The position numbers and the translations under genes were made by a program. DNA of 64,000 bases from Bacteroidia bacterium. GTDB lineage: Bacteria > Bacteroidota > Bacteroidia > NS11-12g > UBA9320. Where the stretch lies: NCBI GenBank assembly GCA_965216465.1, contig CBDCFW010000005.1, positions 416,001-480,000 of the forward strand, read 5' to 3'. Shown one piece after another: positions 49,392-60,524 of this stretch. The notes beneath the pieces are model-generated. The model was not told the origin of the DNA. It was given only the letters and a program-made list of their open reading frames with translations, and did no database searches. Position 1 is the stretch's first letter; each line of letters opens with the position of its first letter.

Positions 49392-52020
49392 TTGAAGATT
49401 ACTAAATACATAGCATTTGTGCTGTTCCTATCCATTTCTAGCCAGTCTTGGGCACAAAACACCGAAGAAGGTTGGATTAAACGCAGCTGGAACAACATGA
49501 TCGCTCGCTATAATATCTATTTTAACGCCCAACAAAAGCTTCAATCCGCTGTAAATAACCTTTCTGCGAAGCAAAAAGACGAATTTAACGAGTTTTTGAG
49601 TGTGTATCCATATGGCACAGAAGATGATGCTAAAAATATGCGTGCACCTATGGAGGAAGTAATGAAAAAAAGCTTCTAAAGTGATTCAAAATAAACCGAG
49701 AAGCAAATGGGTAGATAATGCATACTTTGTAATTGGCCAGACTCATTTCTTTGGAGGTGATTACTATGCCGCAATCGAAGCGTTTCAATTTGTAAATGCC
49801 AATTTCACCGATCCAGAAATAAAAGAAGTTAGCCAATTGTGGTTAATGAAAAGCTATATACGCCAAGGCAAATATGATGATGCCGAAGCTATTCTTGGAT
49901 ATTTAAAAGAGCTAAAATCAAGCAGTCGTTATTTTACAACTCATCTTAATTTGTCTGGAGGCGACTTATTGGTAAAACAAGGTAAATACAATGAAGCCAT
50001 TCCGTTATTACTCAAAGGTGTTTCTAAAGTAAAAGACAAAACGGTTAAATACAGAACCCACTTTTTATTAGGACAACTTTATCTCAACAACAAGGAATAT
50101 GAATTAGCGAACAAGCATTTTGTTCGTGTTTTGAAGTTAAATGCACCGTATGAATATGTGTTTCAAGCCAACTTAGGTATGGCAAAGTCAAGTGCAGAAA
50201 CGGGTACGAGTGCAAAAAGCACAAAAAAGTATTTGAAACGAATGCTCAATGACGACAAGAACATTGATTACTTTGATCAGATTTACTATGAGCTCGGATT
50301 GTTAGAATTTCAAACTGGTGATGAGGAAGCAGGCTTACAAAACATGATCAACGCTTCGAAATATGCTAAAAGCAATAACACTCAGCGTACCAAGACCTAC
50401 CTATTCTTAGCTGATCATTACTTTAAAAACAGAAACTACGATAAAGCACAATCTTACTACGACAGTACTGTTTCTTTTATTCCAGATGATTTTCCAGATG
50501 TAGATAAGATAAGAGCCCAACACTCGGTATTGTCTAAACTCATCGAAAACATTGAAACCATTCGAATTCAAGATAGCTTATTGGCACTTAGCCGATTAGA
50601 TCGCGAAGTATTAGACCAACGGATTACGAAAATCATAGAAGACCAAAAAGAAGCAAAGCGCCAAGAAGAAGAGGCAGAACAATTGCGGAGAGAAAGGGAC
50701 AGAATTGCTGGAACTCCTCCTCCAATGCCGGGTGCTCAAATTGGTGGAAGCACGTGGTATTTCTACAACCCTTCACAGGTCTCGCGAGGATCAAATGATT
50801 TTACCCGTGTTTGGGGAAATCGAAAAAACGGTGACTTCTGGCGTTTCGTGAATAAATCAGTGGTTGAAACCGCAGTACCTTCCTCAAAAAGGGGTATTGA
50901 AGCCGAAGATAATGAGGCAGATCCTGACACGTATAGTGCGTCTGCCGACGACGAGCAAAATGAAGCTTTGGCTGGATTGGATGACGAGAGACTTAAATAC
51001 TATAAACCCATTCCTTTTAGTGCCCTCGCAAAGGAAGTGGCTGAAAAGAAAATTCAAGATGCATATCATGGCAACGGTAAAATTTACTTCGATGACCTTA
51101 AAGAATTCTTAAAGTCCGAAGAGAATTTTAAAATTCTTCTTGACAAATATCCGATAACTGAACATAAGCCAGAAGCCATTTTCTATCTCGCTAAAATAGC
51201 AACGAGCTTAGGCAACGAATCGGATTATAACAAATACTCCCAGCAAATTGCAGATGAGTTCCCTGAAACTCCGTATAATCAAGTTTTAAATGCCAAAGAA
51301 ATTGTTGAAGACAGCAAAGACAAAGAAGTAATTAACCTCTACAATAAAATGTACGAGCACTTTATTGCTGAAGATTACAAAGCTGCGGTAGAAGTAAAAG
51401 AAAAAATTGATACCGATTACCCTGGCTCATCAATTCAAGCCAAGGTAGACTATCTCTACGCCCTTACTGTAGGTAAGACTCAGGGAAAAAGTGCATACAT
51501 CAAGGAATTAAAAAGTTTGGAAGAAACATACGCGGGCACTGAAATTGGAGAAATGGCCACTTTTACCTTAGAGCTTCTAGGTAATGAAGATGAAATAGAA
51601 GACCCTAGCGATAGTACATCTGGCAAATCCGATAAGCTAAACTCAAAGTCTATTGCTTCTGTTTACAACAACGATTTGAGTGGAAAACATTATTACATCT
51701 TATCTGGACATACCAGTCAAGAAAAAAATGTACAACTAACACTGGACGACTATAACAAAACCTTTTTTGGAAGACAGTCATTGCACATATCAACTTTGAT
51801 GCTTGGTGACCGCCAAGTTTACTACATAAAGCAATTTGCAAAAAAGAGTGATGCTATGGTGTATCATAAAGAAATGCTATCGAATGTGGCACTCTTTGAA
51901 AACGAAGGACTGTCTGACGTAAAGGCATATGCAATTTCGGAGGAAAACTTTAGAACCTTGTTTAAAGAGAAGAACGAGAACGAATACATCAATTTCTTTA
52001 AAAACAATTACAGGAGATAA
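49392..52020 (+). pseudogene. sprE: SprE/PorW-like TPR protein of the T9SS, split by a +1 frameshift in an A7 run at 49665-49671
   Basis: ORFs 49392..49679 (ARYNIYFNA) and 49681..52020 (SKWVDNAY, WYFYN, F...WG.R...D.WR) join into ...MKKASKVIQN... if one A is removed; may be a sequencing error. Confidence 0.75.
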
Positions 52021-54320
52021 TGGCAACTGCTAAAAACAAAAAGAAAAATCCACCTAAGAAAAAATCAAATAGATTAATTCGTTTGATGTGGAAGACGTCT
52101 GCGTATGGATTACTTGCATTTGTTCTTTTCTTGTTTACTATCAAATGGGGCCTTTGGGGTAAGCTTCCTGACACAAAAGAGTTAGAAAACCCAGAGACAA
52201 AACTAGCTTCTGAAGTATTTTCTGAAGACGGGAAAATGATGGGAAAAATGTTTTTCCAAGAAGACCGAACCAACAGCAGCTTCGAGGACATCCCAGATCA
52301 TTTAACCAATGCATTGATTGCAACGGAAGACTGTCGCTTTAGAGATCATTCAGGAATAGACGCTAAAGCACTGGTGCGAGCGGTTGTACGCCTGGGACGA
52401 GACGGAGGTGGTAGTACAATTACACAGCAGTTAGCCCTAAATCTATTCCAAGAGCGTTCAAAAAGCTTCAGCAAGCGACTTATACAAAAGCTAAAAGAAT
52501 GGATTCTAGCCATAGAAATTGAAAAGAGATACACTAAGGATGAGATTGTGTTAATGTATTTCAATACCGTACCCTATGGAAACAGTTATGGTATCAAATC
52601 TGCGTCAAAGCGATACTTTAATAAGCCGACTGTTGAATTAAAGATTGAAGAGTCTGCTGTGCTTGTGGGTATGCTTAAAGCTAATACCTACTACAACCCT
52701 ATTCGTAACCCAAAAAATGCACTATCAAGAAGAAATGTGGTGCTGGGTCAAATGAATAAATATGGATACATCACCACTCAAGAACTAGATAGCCTTAGAG
52801 AGTTGCCAATGGTTACTGACTATAACTACATCGACCACAATCAAGGTATGGCAACGTATTTTCGTTCTTACTTGACGCGATGGATGAAGGAGTGGACTAG
52901 AACTTATGAAGCCGAGACAGGGATTAAGTACAACATTTACGACGACGGCTTAAAGATTTATACTACCATCGACTCAAAACTTCAGGCTTATGCTGAAGCA
53001 GCTGTGAATAGTCATATGGTAAGTCTTCAAAAGCAGTTTTATAATGAAACAAAAAGACTGCGAAGAGACCCTTGGTACCGTGAAAATGAACAAGGGAAAC
53101 AGGTTAAAGACCCTGATTATCCCATGCGGATGATGAAACGTACTGAGCGTTATCGTTCGCTTAAGAGAAAATATGGTAAAGATTCAGACTCGTTAGAATA
53201 TTATTTAAATCACCCAGTACCTATGACGTTGTTTTCATGGCAAGGTGAGATCGATACTGTTCTAAGCCCGATGGATTCACTGAAATATTGCAAGCAAATC
53301 CTACACACAGGTTTCATGAGTTTTGAACCCCAAACAGGTTACATCAAAGCATGGGTTGGAGGTATTAATCATAAGTACTTCCAATACGATCACGTGAATA
53401 AAAAGGCCACTCGACAGGTTGGTTCAACCTTTAAACCGTTGGTTTATGCACGTGGGTTAGACGACGATAAGCTTCAACCATGCGAAATTGAAAGTACTGG
53501 GCCTGTCACAGTTGAATACGGTGACGATCAAGAGTGGTCTCCTTCAAATTCTAGTGAAGTTGATCCTGAACTTACCTTTTATCAAGGCTTACAACAATCC
53601 GTAAACACAATCACAGCTCGTGTAATGAAACGCCTTGGGCCTAATAGCGCTGAAGTTGTTCGACAAACTGCAGGAAAAATGGGTATTGATGAGACGAAAT
53701 TTGAGCCTTATCCTTCAATCTGCTTGGGAACCATGGATATTTCTGTTTTTGAAATGGTGGGAGCTTATGGCACCTTTGTAAATGGAGGAACTTGGGTTGA
53801 ACCCATTTTCGTTACCCGAATTGAAGATAAGAACGGTAATATTTTACAAGAATTCACACCAGAAAAAGATGAGGCCTTACGACGACAAACAGCATACATC
53901 GTTTGTAAAATGCTTGAAAAAGTTACCCAATCTGGAGGAACCGCAGCTCGCTTGAGATACCGATACAATATTCCTCTAGATGCAGTAATTGGTGGTAAAA
54001 CAGGAACAACTCAAGGAAACAGTGACGGTTGGTTTATGGGAATAACACCGAATCTTGTAAGTGGTTGTTGGGTTGGAGCTGAAGAAAGAAACGTACACTT
54101 TTGGAATACCGCTTATGGTCAAGGAGCAAATATGGCTCTACCGATCTTTGCCAAGTATATGGAAAAAGTTTATGCCGACCCTAAGTCAGGGGTGAGCAAA
54201 GAAGACTTTTTGAAGCCCGAAGGCGAAATGACCATTGAGGTCGATTGCGACTTATACCAAGAAAACCAAATGGATATTGAGTTTGAAGAAAACGAAGGTG
54301 ACGACCAAAATTTATTTTAG
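52020..54320 (+). CDS. Class A penicillin-binding protein (PBP1A family)
   Basis: ATED.RF..H.GID and GGSTITQQLA transglycosylase motifs; STFK, SVN and KTGTT transpeptidase motifs. Confidence 0.94.
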   Translation: MATAKNKKKNPPKKKSNRLIRLMWKTSAYGLLAFVLFLFTIKWGLWGKLPDTKELENPETKLASEVFSEDGKMMGKMFFQEDRTNSSFEDIPDHLTNALIATEDCRFRDHSGIDAKALVRAVVRLGRDGGGSTITQQLALNLFQERSKSFSKRLIQKLKEWILAIEIEKRYTKDEIVLMYFNTVPYGNSYGIKSASKRYFNKPTVELKIEESAVLVGMLKANTYYNPIRNPKNALSRRNVVLGQMNKYGYITTQELDSLRELPMVTDYNYIDHNQGMATYFRSYLTRWMKEWTRTYEAETGIKYNIYDDGLKIYTTIDSKLQAYAEAAVNSHMVSLQKQFYNETKRLRRDPWYRENEQGKQVKDPDYPMRMMKRTERYRSLKRKYGKDSDSLEYYLNHPVPMTLFSWQGEIDTVLSPMDSLKYCKQILHTGFMSFEPQTGYIKAWVGGINHKYFQYDHVNKKATRQVGSTFKPLVYARGLDDDKLQPCEIESTGPVTVEYGDDQEWSPSNSSEVDPELTFYQGLQQSVNTITARVMKRLGPNSAEVVRQTAGKMGIDETKFEPYPSICLGTMDISVFEMVGAYGTFVNGGTWVEPIFVTRIEDKNGNILQEFTPEKDEALRRQTAYIVCKMLEKVTQSGGTAARLRYRYNIPLDAVIGGKTGTTQGNSDGWFMGITPNLVSGCWVGAEERNVHFWNTAYGQGANMALPIFAKYMEKVYADPKSGVSKEDFLKPEGEMTIEVDCDLYQENQMDIEFEENEGDDQNLF

Positions 54321-55867
54321 GTTTCGCTTCTCCCTCCCATATGAGAACACTCTTCTAGCTTTTGCATGTTTTCAAACTTAACAGCAGTCTTCTCATAACC
54401 GTACATATCCTTCAATGTTTTAATCATATTGTGATCGTCGGTTGTGGTTTCTAAATCTGTCATCTTAAACTGACAAGGATGCTCATAGCCACTCGAATGA
54501 CACAATTCAAGCAACTCTTTTCTGAAGTGCTTGATATAATGATAAAAGCGATCTGATTTCAACTCGACATTAATTCCGGCTTGCAACCACTTATTTTGAG
54601 TGGCCACTCCACTCGGACAACGGTTTGTATGACATAACTGTGCCTGAATACATCCAATTGCCATCATGGCTTCACGAGCAACATTAATAATATCTGCTCC
54701 CATGGCAAATGCTCTTGCTGCATTGGCCGGCAGCCCCAATTTGCCTGAGGCTACAAAAACAATCTTATCGGTCAACTCATGCTTTTGAAAAATACGGTAT
54801 ACCTTGCTAAATCCACTGAAGAATGGCAAGGCAACATGGTCTGCAAAGCTTGGCGGAGCTGCTCCTGTTCCACCTTCTCCCCCATCTATTGAGATGAAAT
54901 CTGGTCCTGTATTGCTACGAGTCATCTTATATGCCAATTCTTCCCAAAGCTCTGTTCTTCCTACTGCACTTTTGATTCCAACTGGAAGTCCAGTTCTTTC
55001 GGCAATTTCTTCAATCAGTGCGAGGAGCTCATCCAGATTACTAAAGCATTTATGACTAGCGGGTGAGAGTACATCTTTCCCCATCTCAACTCCTCGTATT
55101 GCTGCAATTTCAGCAGTTATTTTCTTTCCGGGTAATACGCCTCCTTTTCCTGGCTTAGCACCTTGTGAAAGCTTAATTTCAATAGCTCGAACAAACGGAT
55201 TGTTTTCAACTAGTTTCTCTAGTTTGTTTAGATCCAGATTACCATCTTTAGAACGCACACCGAAGTAGCCCGTGCCAAAATGAAAAACAACATCTGCCCC
55301 ATTGCTGTGGTATGGAGATAATCCACCTTCACCCGTATTGTGGTAACATCCCACTTTTTTAGCCCCTTGATTTAAACTGTTAACAGCAGCTGCACTCAAC
55401 GAACCATAACTCATTGCAGAAATATTAATTACCGAATGTGGTCGATATGGTCGCTTTCTGTTGTTCGCTTCACCCATTACCTTGGCACATGGAAGAAATG
55501 CTTTCTGTTTGAAGTTTATATGATCTTCTTCGACCTGAAACGGTAAAAGAGCAGGTTTAATAAAGTGATAATTAGGCGTATAAAAGTCTTGATCAGAACC
55601 GAATCCCTGGTAATTATTTTGCTGCTTGCTTGAAGCATAAATCCACGAACGTTCTCTCCTATTAAAAGGAAGTTCTTCTCTATTGTTCGCTACCACATAT
55701 TGACGAAGCTCAGGACCAATGCGTTCGAGCAGATAGCGCAAGTGGCCAACAACAGGAAAGTTATGACTAATGGTATGCTTTTTTTGAAGCATATCACGTA
55801 TCGCTACAATTACAATTAGGAGTACAACCCACATCCACCAAGGAGTAGAAGCCAAGAATTCTTGCAT
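54317..55867 (-). CDS. FMN-binding glutamate synthase family protein
   Basis: ISAMSYGSLS, NTGEGG, EIKLSQGAKPGKGG, DGGEGGTGAAP and CIQAQLCHTNRCPSG motifs. Confidence 0.92.
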   Translation of the reverse strand: MQEFLASTPWWMWVVLLIVIVAIRDMLQKKHTISHNFPVVGHLRYLLERIGPELRQYVVANNREELPFNRRERSWIYASSKQQNNYQGFGSDQDFYTPNYHFIKPALLPFQVEEDHINFKQKAFLPCAKVMGEANNRKRPYRPHSVINISAMSYGSLSAAAVNSLNQGAKKVGCYHNTGEGGLSPYHSNGADVVFHFGTGYFGVRSKDGNLDLNKLEKLVENNPFVRAIEIKLSQGAKPGKGGVLPGKKITAEIAAIRGVEMGKDVLSPASHKCFSNLDELLALIEEIAERTGLPVGIKSAVGRTELWEELAYKMTRSNTGPDFISIDGGEGGTGAAPPSFADHVALPFFSGFSKVYRIFQKHELTDKIVFVASGKLGLPANAARAFAMGADIINVAREAMMAIGCIQAQLCHTNRCPSGVATQNKWLQAGINVELKSDRFYHYIKHFRKELLELCHSSGYEHPCQFKMTDLETTTDDHNMIKTLKDMYGYEKTAVKFENMQKLEECSHMGGRSET

Positions 55868-55950
55868 ATGGCGAATTTAGTACATCCCAGCAAAACTTGC
55901 GAACATCCTTACTTCACTATTTCGTTATACCTTTGACCCAATCGCTAATA

Positions 55951-56898
55951 ATGGGAGAATTACATCAAAGCAAAAAACCAAAGTTGCATCCGCGTAATAA
56001 GAATTCTACTCGATACAATTTCCCTGAATTGATTAAATCTTTTCCTAGCTTAGCTGAACATTTGGTGAAGAATCCATCCAATGAAGACACAATAAACTTC
56101 TTTGATCCTGTAGCTGTTAAAGTTTTCAATCAGGCCATTCTTAAGCACTATTATGGTATAATAAACTGGGATATTCCTAAAGGCTATTTGTGCCCTCCAA
56201 TTCCAGGTAGAGCAGATTATATTCATCACCTTGCCGACTTATTAGGTTCTTTTAACAACAATAAAATTCCTAAAGGAAAAGGAATTAAGTGCCTAGATAT
56301 TGGAGTTGGAGCTAACTGCATCTACCCTATTTTAGGCAATGCAATAGAAGGATGGAGCTTTGTTGGCTCAGATATAAATGCTGATTCGATAGCGGCCGCA
56401 CAAGTAAATATTGAACAAAACAACCTTAACCACGAAATCGAATTAAGGCATCAAGCAGAAGGATCAATTTTAAACGGAATCCTTAAGGATGACTTTTTTG
56501 ACTGTTCGATGTGCAATCCCCCGTTTCATTCTTCACCAGAAGAAGCTGTATCTAAGGCAAATAGAAAGCTCAAGAACTTAAAAGGACAAAGAGTAAAAAA
56601 TCCTGTTTTAAATTTTGGGGGACAATCCTCTGAACTTTGGAGAGATGGCGGTGAACTTCAGTTCATAATCGACTATATTCAAGAATCTGAAAAACATGCC
56701 ACGCGTTGCTTCCTTTTCACCTCTTTATTATCTAAAAAATCAAATGTAGATGTTGCAATAAAGGCTTTGAAAAAAACGGATGTAACATTTACCCAGGTAA
56801 TTGAAATGGGACAAGGAAACAAACGCAGCAGATTTGCAGCTTGGAGCTATCTTACGCCCAAACAGCGAAAAATTTGGACAGACACTAGATGGAAATAA
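55951..56898 (+). CDS. rlmF: 23S rRNA m6A1618 methyltransferase
   Basis: LHPRN, LCPPIPGRADY, DIGVGANCIYP, CNPPF, GGE and MGQG motifs. Confidence 0.94.
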   Translation: MGELHQSKKPKLHPRNKNSTRYNFPELIKSFPSLAEHLVKNPSNEDTINFFDPVAVKVFNQAILKHYYGIINWDIPKGYLCPPIPGRADYIHHLADLLGSFNNNKIPKGKGIKCLDIGVGANCIYPILGNAIEGWSFVGSDINADSIAAAQVNIEQNNLNHEIELRHQAEGSILNGILKDDFFDCSMCNPPFHSSPEEAVSKANRKLKNLKGQRVKNPVLNFGGQSSELWRDGGELQFIIDYIQESEKHATRCFLFTSLLSKKSNVDVAIKALKKTDVTFTQVIEMGQGNKRSRFAAWSYLTPKQRKIWTDTRWK

Positions 56899-56958
56899 GA
56901 GCATCCAGCGTTATATTAGAAATTCTGCATTCGATGAATTAATATTGTGTTAGTCGCC

Positions 56959-58710
56959 ATGAAACAGTTATTCTCCTTTATCATTATGTCATTATGGGCA
57001 ACCCAGCTTTTTGCTGGAGGGAGACTACCAACACCAGACACCTCAGCATCAAGTAACATCTATGTTATCTCTGTGGGAATCAATAACTATCCCTACCCCT
57101 TGGTGCAAATGAAGAATGCAGTGGGTGACTCGAAGGCTATCTTGGATAAGATTGTTCAAGACAATCCCAGAAGAAGTTTAATTGAAACTCAGAGACACAA
57201 CAAAACAGACCCACGACTTACCGTAGGAAGCGATATATGGTTTCCTATTGATAGCGTATATACCTATTGGCTTTATCAAGAAAATGCCACGTACGATAGT
57301 ATAAAAAGTGCTTTTGATGAAGTAGCACAACGAGCTAATCCTGACGATTACTTTATCTTTTTCTTTGCAGGCATTTCTCTTGAGCTACACCCTTTTGAAT
57401 CGTTTATACTTCCTGACTTTGAAAACATAGACACCCTTAGGTTTGATGGAGACGACAATGCAGAGTCCGATTATCCTGCAATCAATAATGACAATGCTCT
57501 AAATGTTGCAGTTCTTGCTGGAATGATGGAAAAAATTCAATGTCGAAATCAATTGGTGATATCGGAGGCAGGAGATGGATCAAGCTTTGCGAGCAACTTA
57601 ATAGCTGCCCTTTTTGAATCAAATCCATTAGTAGCAGAGGCAACAGATCGAAATAGAATTATTCTAACCACCAAAGCGCTTGGCCTTGATAATATGAGAT
57701 GTAAGGGTATTGAAGCAAACCATGGACCTTTGACCCATTACATTTTGAGTAATGAAAACATAATGAACGTTTTTGTCAATTCAAACAAGTATGAATTGAA
57801 TCTTTCTAAGTCCGAAATTGAATGTCCAATACTTGAATCGAAGTACTTTGACCTCTATAAAGAAAAGAACTATCAAAAAGTGTTACTAAGCAATCATCGT
57901 CAAAATATGCTAAGAGGTGGTGCTGTTGAAGAATTTGAATCGTTGGAATATCCAACAAGTGACTCTTCCATAACGCATGCATTGATTGTCGCCACCAATG
58001 ACTACAACCCTATTTCAGGGTGGTCGAATCTAAGCAATCCGATTAATGACGCAGAAAAGGTTTCAGAATTGCTAAGCTCTAAATATGGTGTAAAAATTCA
58101 TAAGGCTTACAATATGCCAAAGGATAGCATTTTGGCTCAACTTATTGCAATAAAACACATACTCGACGAAAATGATAAGTTTATATTTTTCATCGCAGGA
58201 CATGGATACTATAGCAATAATTTCACGGATGGCTACCTTGTGTTGACAAATAGCAGTTCGTTAAATTCTGATTTTACCTTGAATTCATATCTACAAATGG
58301 CTACTCTCAATCGTTTACTTGACAATATGCCTACCAAAAGTGTATTTGCCATTTTTGACGTTTGTTTTGGTGCCAGCTTCGACCTAAAAGCAAAAGATCT
58401 CGCCATAAACGATTACAAAAATTTAAGATCAGATATCTCTATCAGAGAGTTTGAAAATAGAAAGAGTAAGTACTACAGCCGCATATTTTTGGCTTCAGGA
58501 AAATACACCGTTCCCGATTATTGGACGAACACTTTACAACACTCCCCTTTCGCCGAGAAGCTAATTTACACCTTAAACAAAGAGAAAAACTTTATAACTC
58601 CGGGCAAGCTTTACACTGCTATGGAAGGCAACATTACTGAACCCTTTTTAAAGCAGTTTGGACAACAAGAGCCTCGAGGAGACTTTATTTTACCGGTAAT
58701 TAGAAAATGA
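56959..58710 (+). CDS. Exported caspase-family (peptidase C14) protein with two caspase-like domains
   Basis: Signal peptide; domain 1 VGINNY..AVGD..FFFAGIS..SEAG; domain 2 IVATNDY..NPINDA..IAGHG..DVCFG. Confidence 0.8.
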   Translation: MKQLFSFIIMSLWATQLFAGGRLPTPDTSASSNIYVISVGINNYPYPLVQMKNAVGDSKAILDKIVQDNPRRSLIETQRHNKTDPRLTVGSDIWFPIDSVYTYWLYQENATYDSIKSAFDEVAQRANPDDYFIFFFAGISLELHPFESFILPDFENIDTLRFDGDDNAESDYPAINNDNALNVAVLAGMMEKIQCRNQLVISEAGDGSSFASNLIAALFESNPLVAEATDRNRIILTTKALGLDNMRCKGIEANHGPLTHYILSNENIMNVFVNSNKYELNLSKSEIECPILESKYFDLYKEKNYQKVLLSNHRQNMLRGGAVEEFESLEYPTSDSSITHALIVATNDYNPISGWSNLSNPINDAEKVSELLSSKYGVKIHKAYNMPKDSILAQLIAIKHILDENDKFIFFIAGHGYYSNNFTDGYLVLTNSSSLNSDFTLNSYLQMATLNRLLDNMPTKSVFAIFDVCFGASFDLKAKDLAINDYKNLRSDISIREFENRKSKYYSRIFLASGKYTVPDYWTNTLQHSPFAEKLIYTLNKEKNFITPGKLYTAMEGNITEPFLKQFGQQEPRGDFILPVIRK

Positions 58711-59384
58711 AAAAATTATTATTGATAGCCTGCATTGCTACGATGTCTTCATGCACAATTTTGAGACCCTATACATCACGAACTGCTACTTATTGGGTAA
58801 ATAGTTATCAAGTAGGATGCACCGGGGTAACTCCGATGACTTGTTTACAAGTACAAGAAACGGAAGATCTAGATTACAACAACTGGAAAAACTTTTATAA
58901 CCATATCGATAGCTTTGAATTTGAATACGGCTACTTGCAAAAAATTAAGGTACATGAAACCTTCCTTAATCCAGATTCAATTCCAGCGGATGCACCATCT
59001 GTGCAATACAAACTTATAGAAGTTCTAGAACGCAAGTTTGATGATCGCGTTAAACTGAATTACAATTGGAAACTTACCGATTTTTATGCCGACTCAGAAG
59101 CAAAGTTTGACAAGACCCCTAACCTAAAGTTCAGTTTAGAAGAAGGAAAAGTAAGTGGCACAAATGGTTGTAACAATTTTGTAGGTCAAATCGATAGTGT
59201 GACAACTACTGCAATCGGTTTGAGCAGAATAGCCAGCACACTCATGGCTTGTCCCAACATGACTGATTCAAGAAAGTTTTCTAAAGCATTAGAATCCGCA
59301 ACTTCATATGAATTGAAAGCAGGAACTCTGTTGCTCAAAGATGCTATGAACGAACCGCTTATGCGTCTCGAGAAGTCGTATTAA
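58707..59384 (+). CDS. DUF4377 + META domain lipoprotein
   Basis: Lipobox MSSC; C.GV.PM.CLQV; ADAPS; G.NGCNNF.G; STLMAC. Confidence 0.85.
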   Translation: MKKLLLIACIATMSSCTILRPYTSRTATYWVNSYQVGCTGVTPMTCLQVQETEDLDYNNWKNFYNHIDSFEFEYGYLQKIKVHETFLNPDSIPADAPSVQYKLIEVLERKFDDRVKLNYNWKLTDFYADSEAKFDKTPNLKFSLEEGKVSGTNGCNNFVGQIDSVTTTAIGLSRIASTLMACPNMTDSRKFSKALESATSYELKAGTLLLKDAMNEPLMRLEKSY

Positions 59385-60364
59385 TTTGGAACTTCTTCTC
59401 CTTTTTCATAAATGATCTTTTCGATTTTATTATCTACAGGATCTAAGCTTTGCAGATAGCGATAAATAGCCTTTAATTCGACTTCATCCATTTTTGTAAA
59501 GGCACCCCAAGGCATGGGTGATCCTTCATGTATTCTTCCATTACCAAAGCGTTGTATAAATTGATCTTCGGTCCACGAAGCCATTATTCCTGTTTCTTTA
59601 TCTGGAGTAAGATTAGGGCTTATAAATATTCTTCCTTGGGTAAAATCGTCTGGACCAAGCATTCCCCCACCAGCAAACTCAGGACCGATTAACTTCCCTG
59701 TTTTCATGTCAGCCTCTGAATGACAGAATAAACAATTTGCAACGTCTCGAGCCAAATATTCGCCATAAGAAACCGTTGCCTCTTTTGTAACCTGTTCAGG
59801 CGGAGTTCCATTGGGACCTTTAGGTATCAGTGCACCAAAAGCCATCAATGCTTTCCCTAGAAAAGTATATTCCGTAGGTTTAACTTCATGCTTCACGGGT
59901 TCTTGCTGTCTTAAGAATGAGATAATGGATGCCACATCGTAGTCACTCATATTCTGAAACGGCATAAAGGGTCCTAAGAATTTTTCATTGTGAGATACTG
60001 AATAACGTAATGCTCGAGCTATCTCAGCGTCAGAAATATTCCCTATACCGGTTTCCATGTCTGGCGTAAGATTTGGAGCTCTAAATGTTCCAGGAGGTAT
60101 GGCAAGCTCCCACCCTCCTGAAAGCGGAATCTCTTCACCAGCTTCTGTTGCTTCAATCTTGTCCATCGGAACATGGCATGTTCCACAATGAGCAGGACCA
60201 TAAGCAAGATGTCGACCATTTTCGATCATGGCTGAATCGGTTGTTGCGGAAATATCAGGTAATGGGGCATCGAAAGATTTGTCCCAGGTAAATTGTACAT
60301 AGCCCACTAAAATTAGCACAATAAGGGTAAGGGTAATTAGAGTTCTTTTAAGAAATTTTTTCAT
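59381..60364 (-). CDS. Membrane-anchored diheme cytochrome c
   Basis: CGTCH and CLFCH heme motifs; repeated PNLTPD.ETG and MP motifs. Confidence 0.88.
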   Translation of the reverse strand: MKKFLKRTLITLTLIVLILVGYVQFTWDKSFDAPLPDISATTDSAMIENGRHLAYGPAHCGTCHVPMDKIEATEAGEEIPLSGGWELAIPPGTFRAPNLTPDMETGIGNISDAEIARALRYSVSHNEKFLGPFMPFQNMSDYDVASIISFLRQQEPVKHEVKPTEYTFLGKALMAFGALIPKGPNGTPPEQVTKEATVSYGEYLARDVANCLFCHSEADMKTGKLIGPEFAGGGMLGPDDFTQGRIFISPNLTPDKETGIMASWTEDQFIQRFGNGRIHEGSPMPWGAFTKMDEVELKAIYRYLQSLDPVDNKIEKIIYEKGEEVPN

Positions 60365-60472
60365 TTTCAGATTTTGGTTAAGGGTTAGTTTAAGTCAATA
60401 AAATTCACCAAAATCAGTTGTTTAGAACGCTAAAGGTAGCTTAAAATCATATTAACTCAAAATTGAGCCATC

Positions 60473-60502
60473 AAAAAAGCCGAAGTGATTTACTCCGGCT
60501 TT
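60473..60502 (-). terminator. Terminator after paaN
   Basis: AAAGCCGGAGT..ACTTCGGCTTT plus U-run on the minus strand. Confidence 0.75.
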
Positions 60503-60524
60503 AGGTATTCTCGTTAGATAATTT

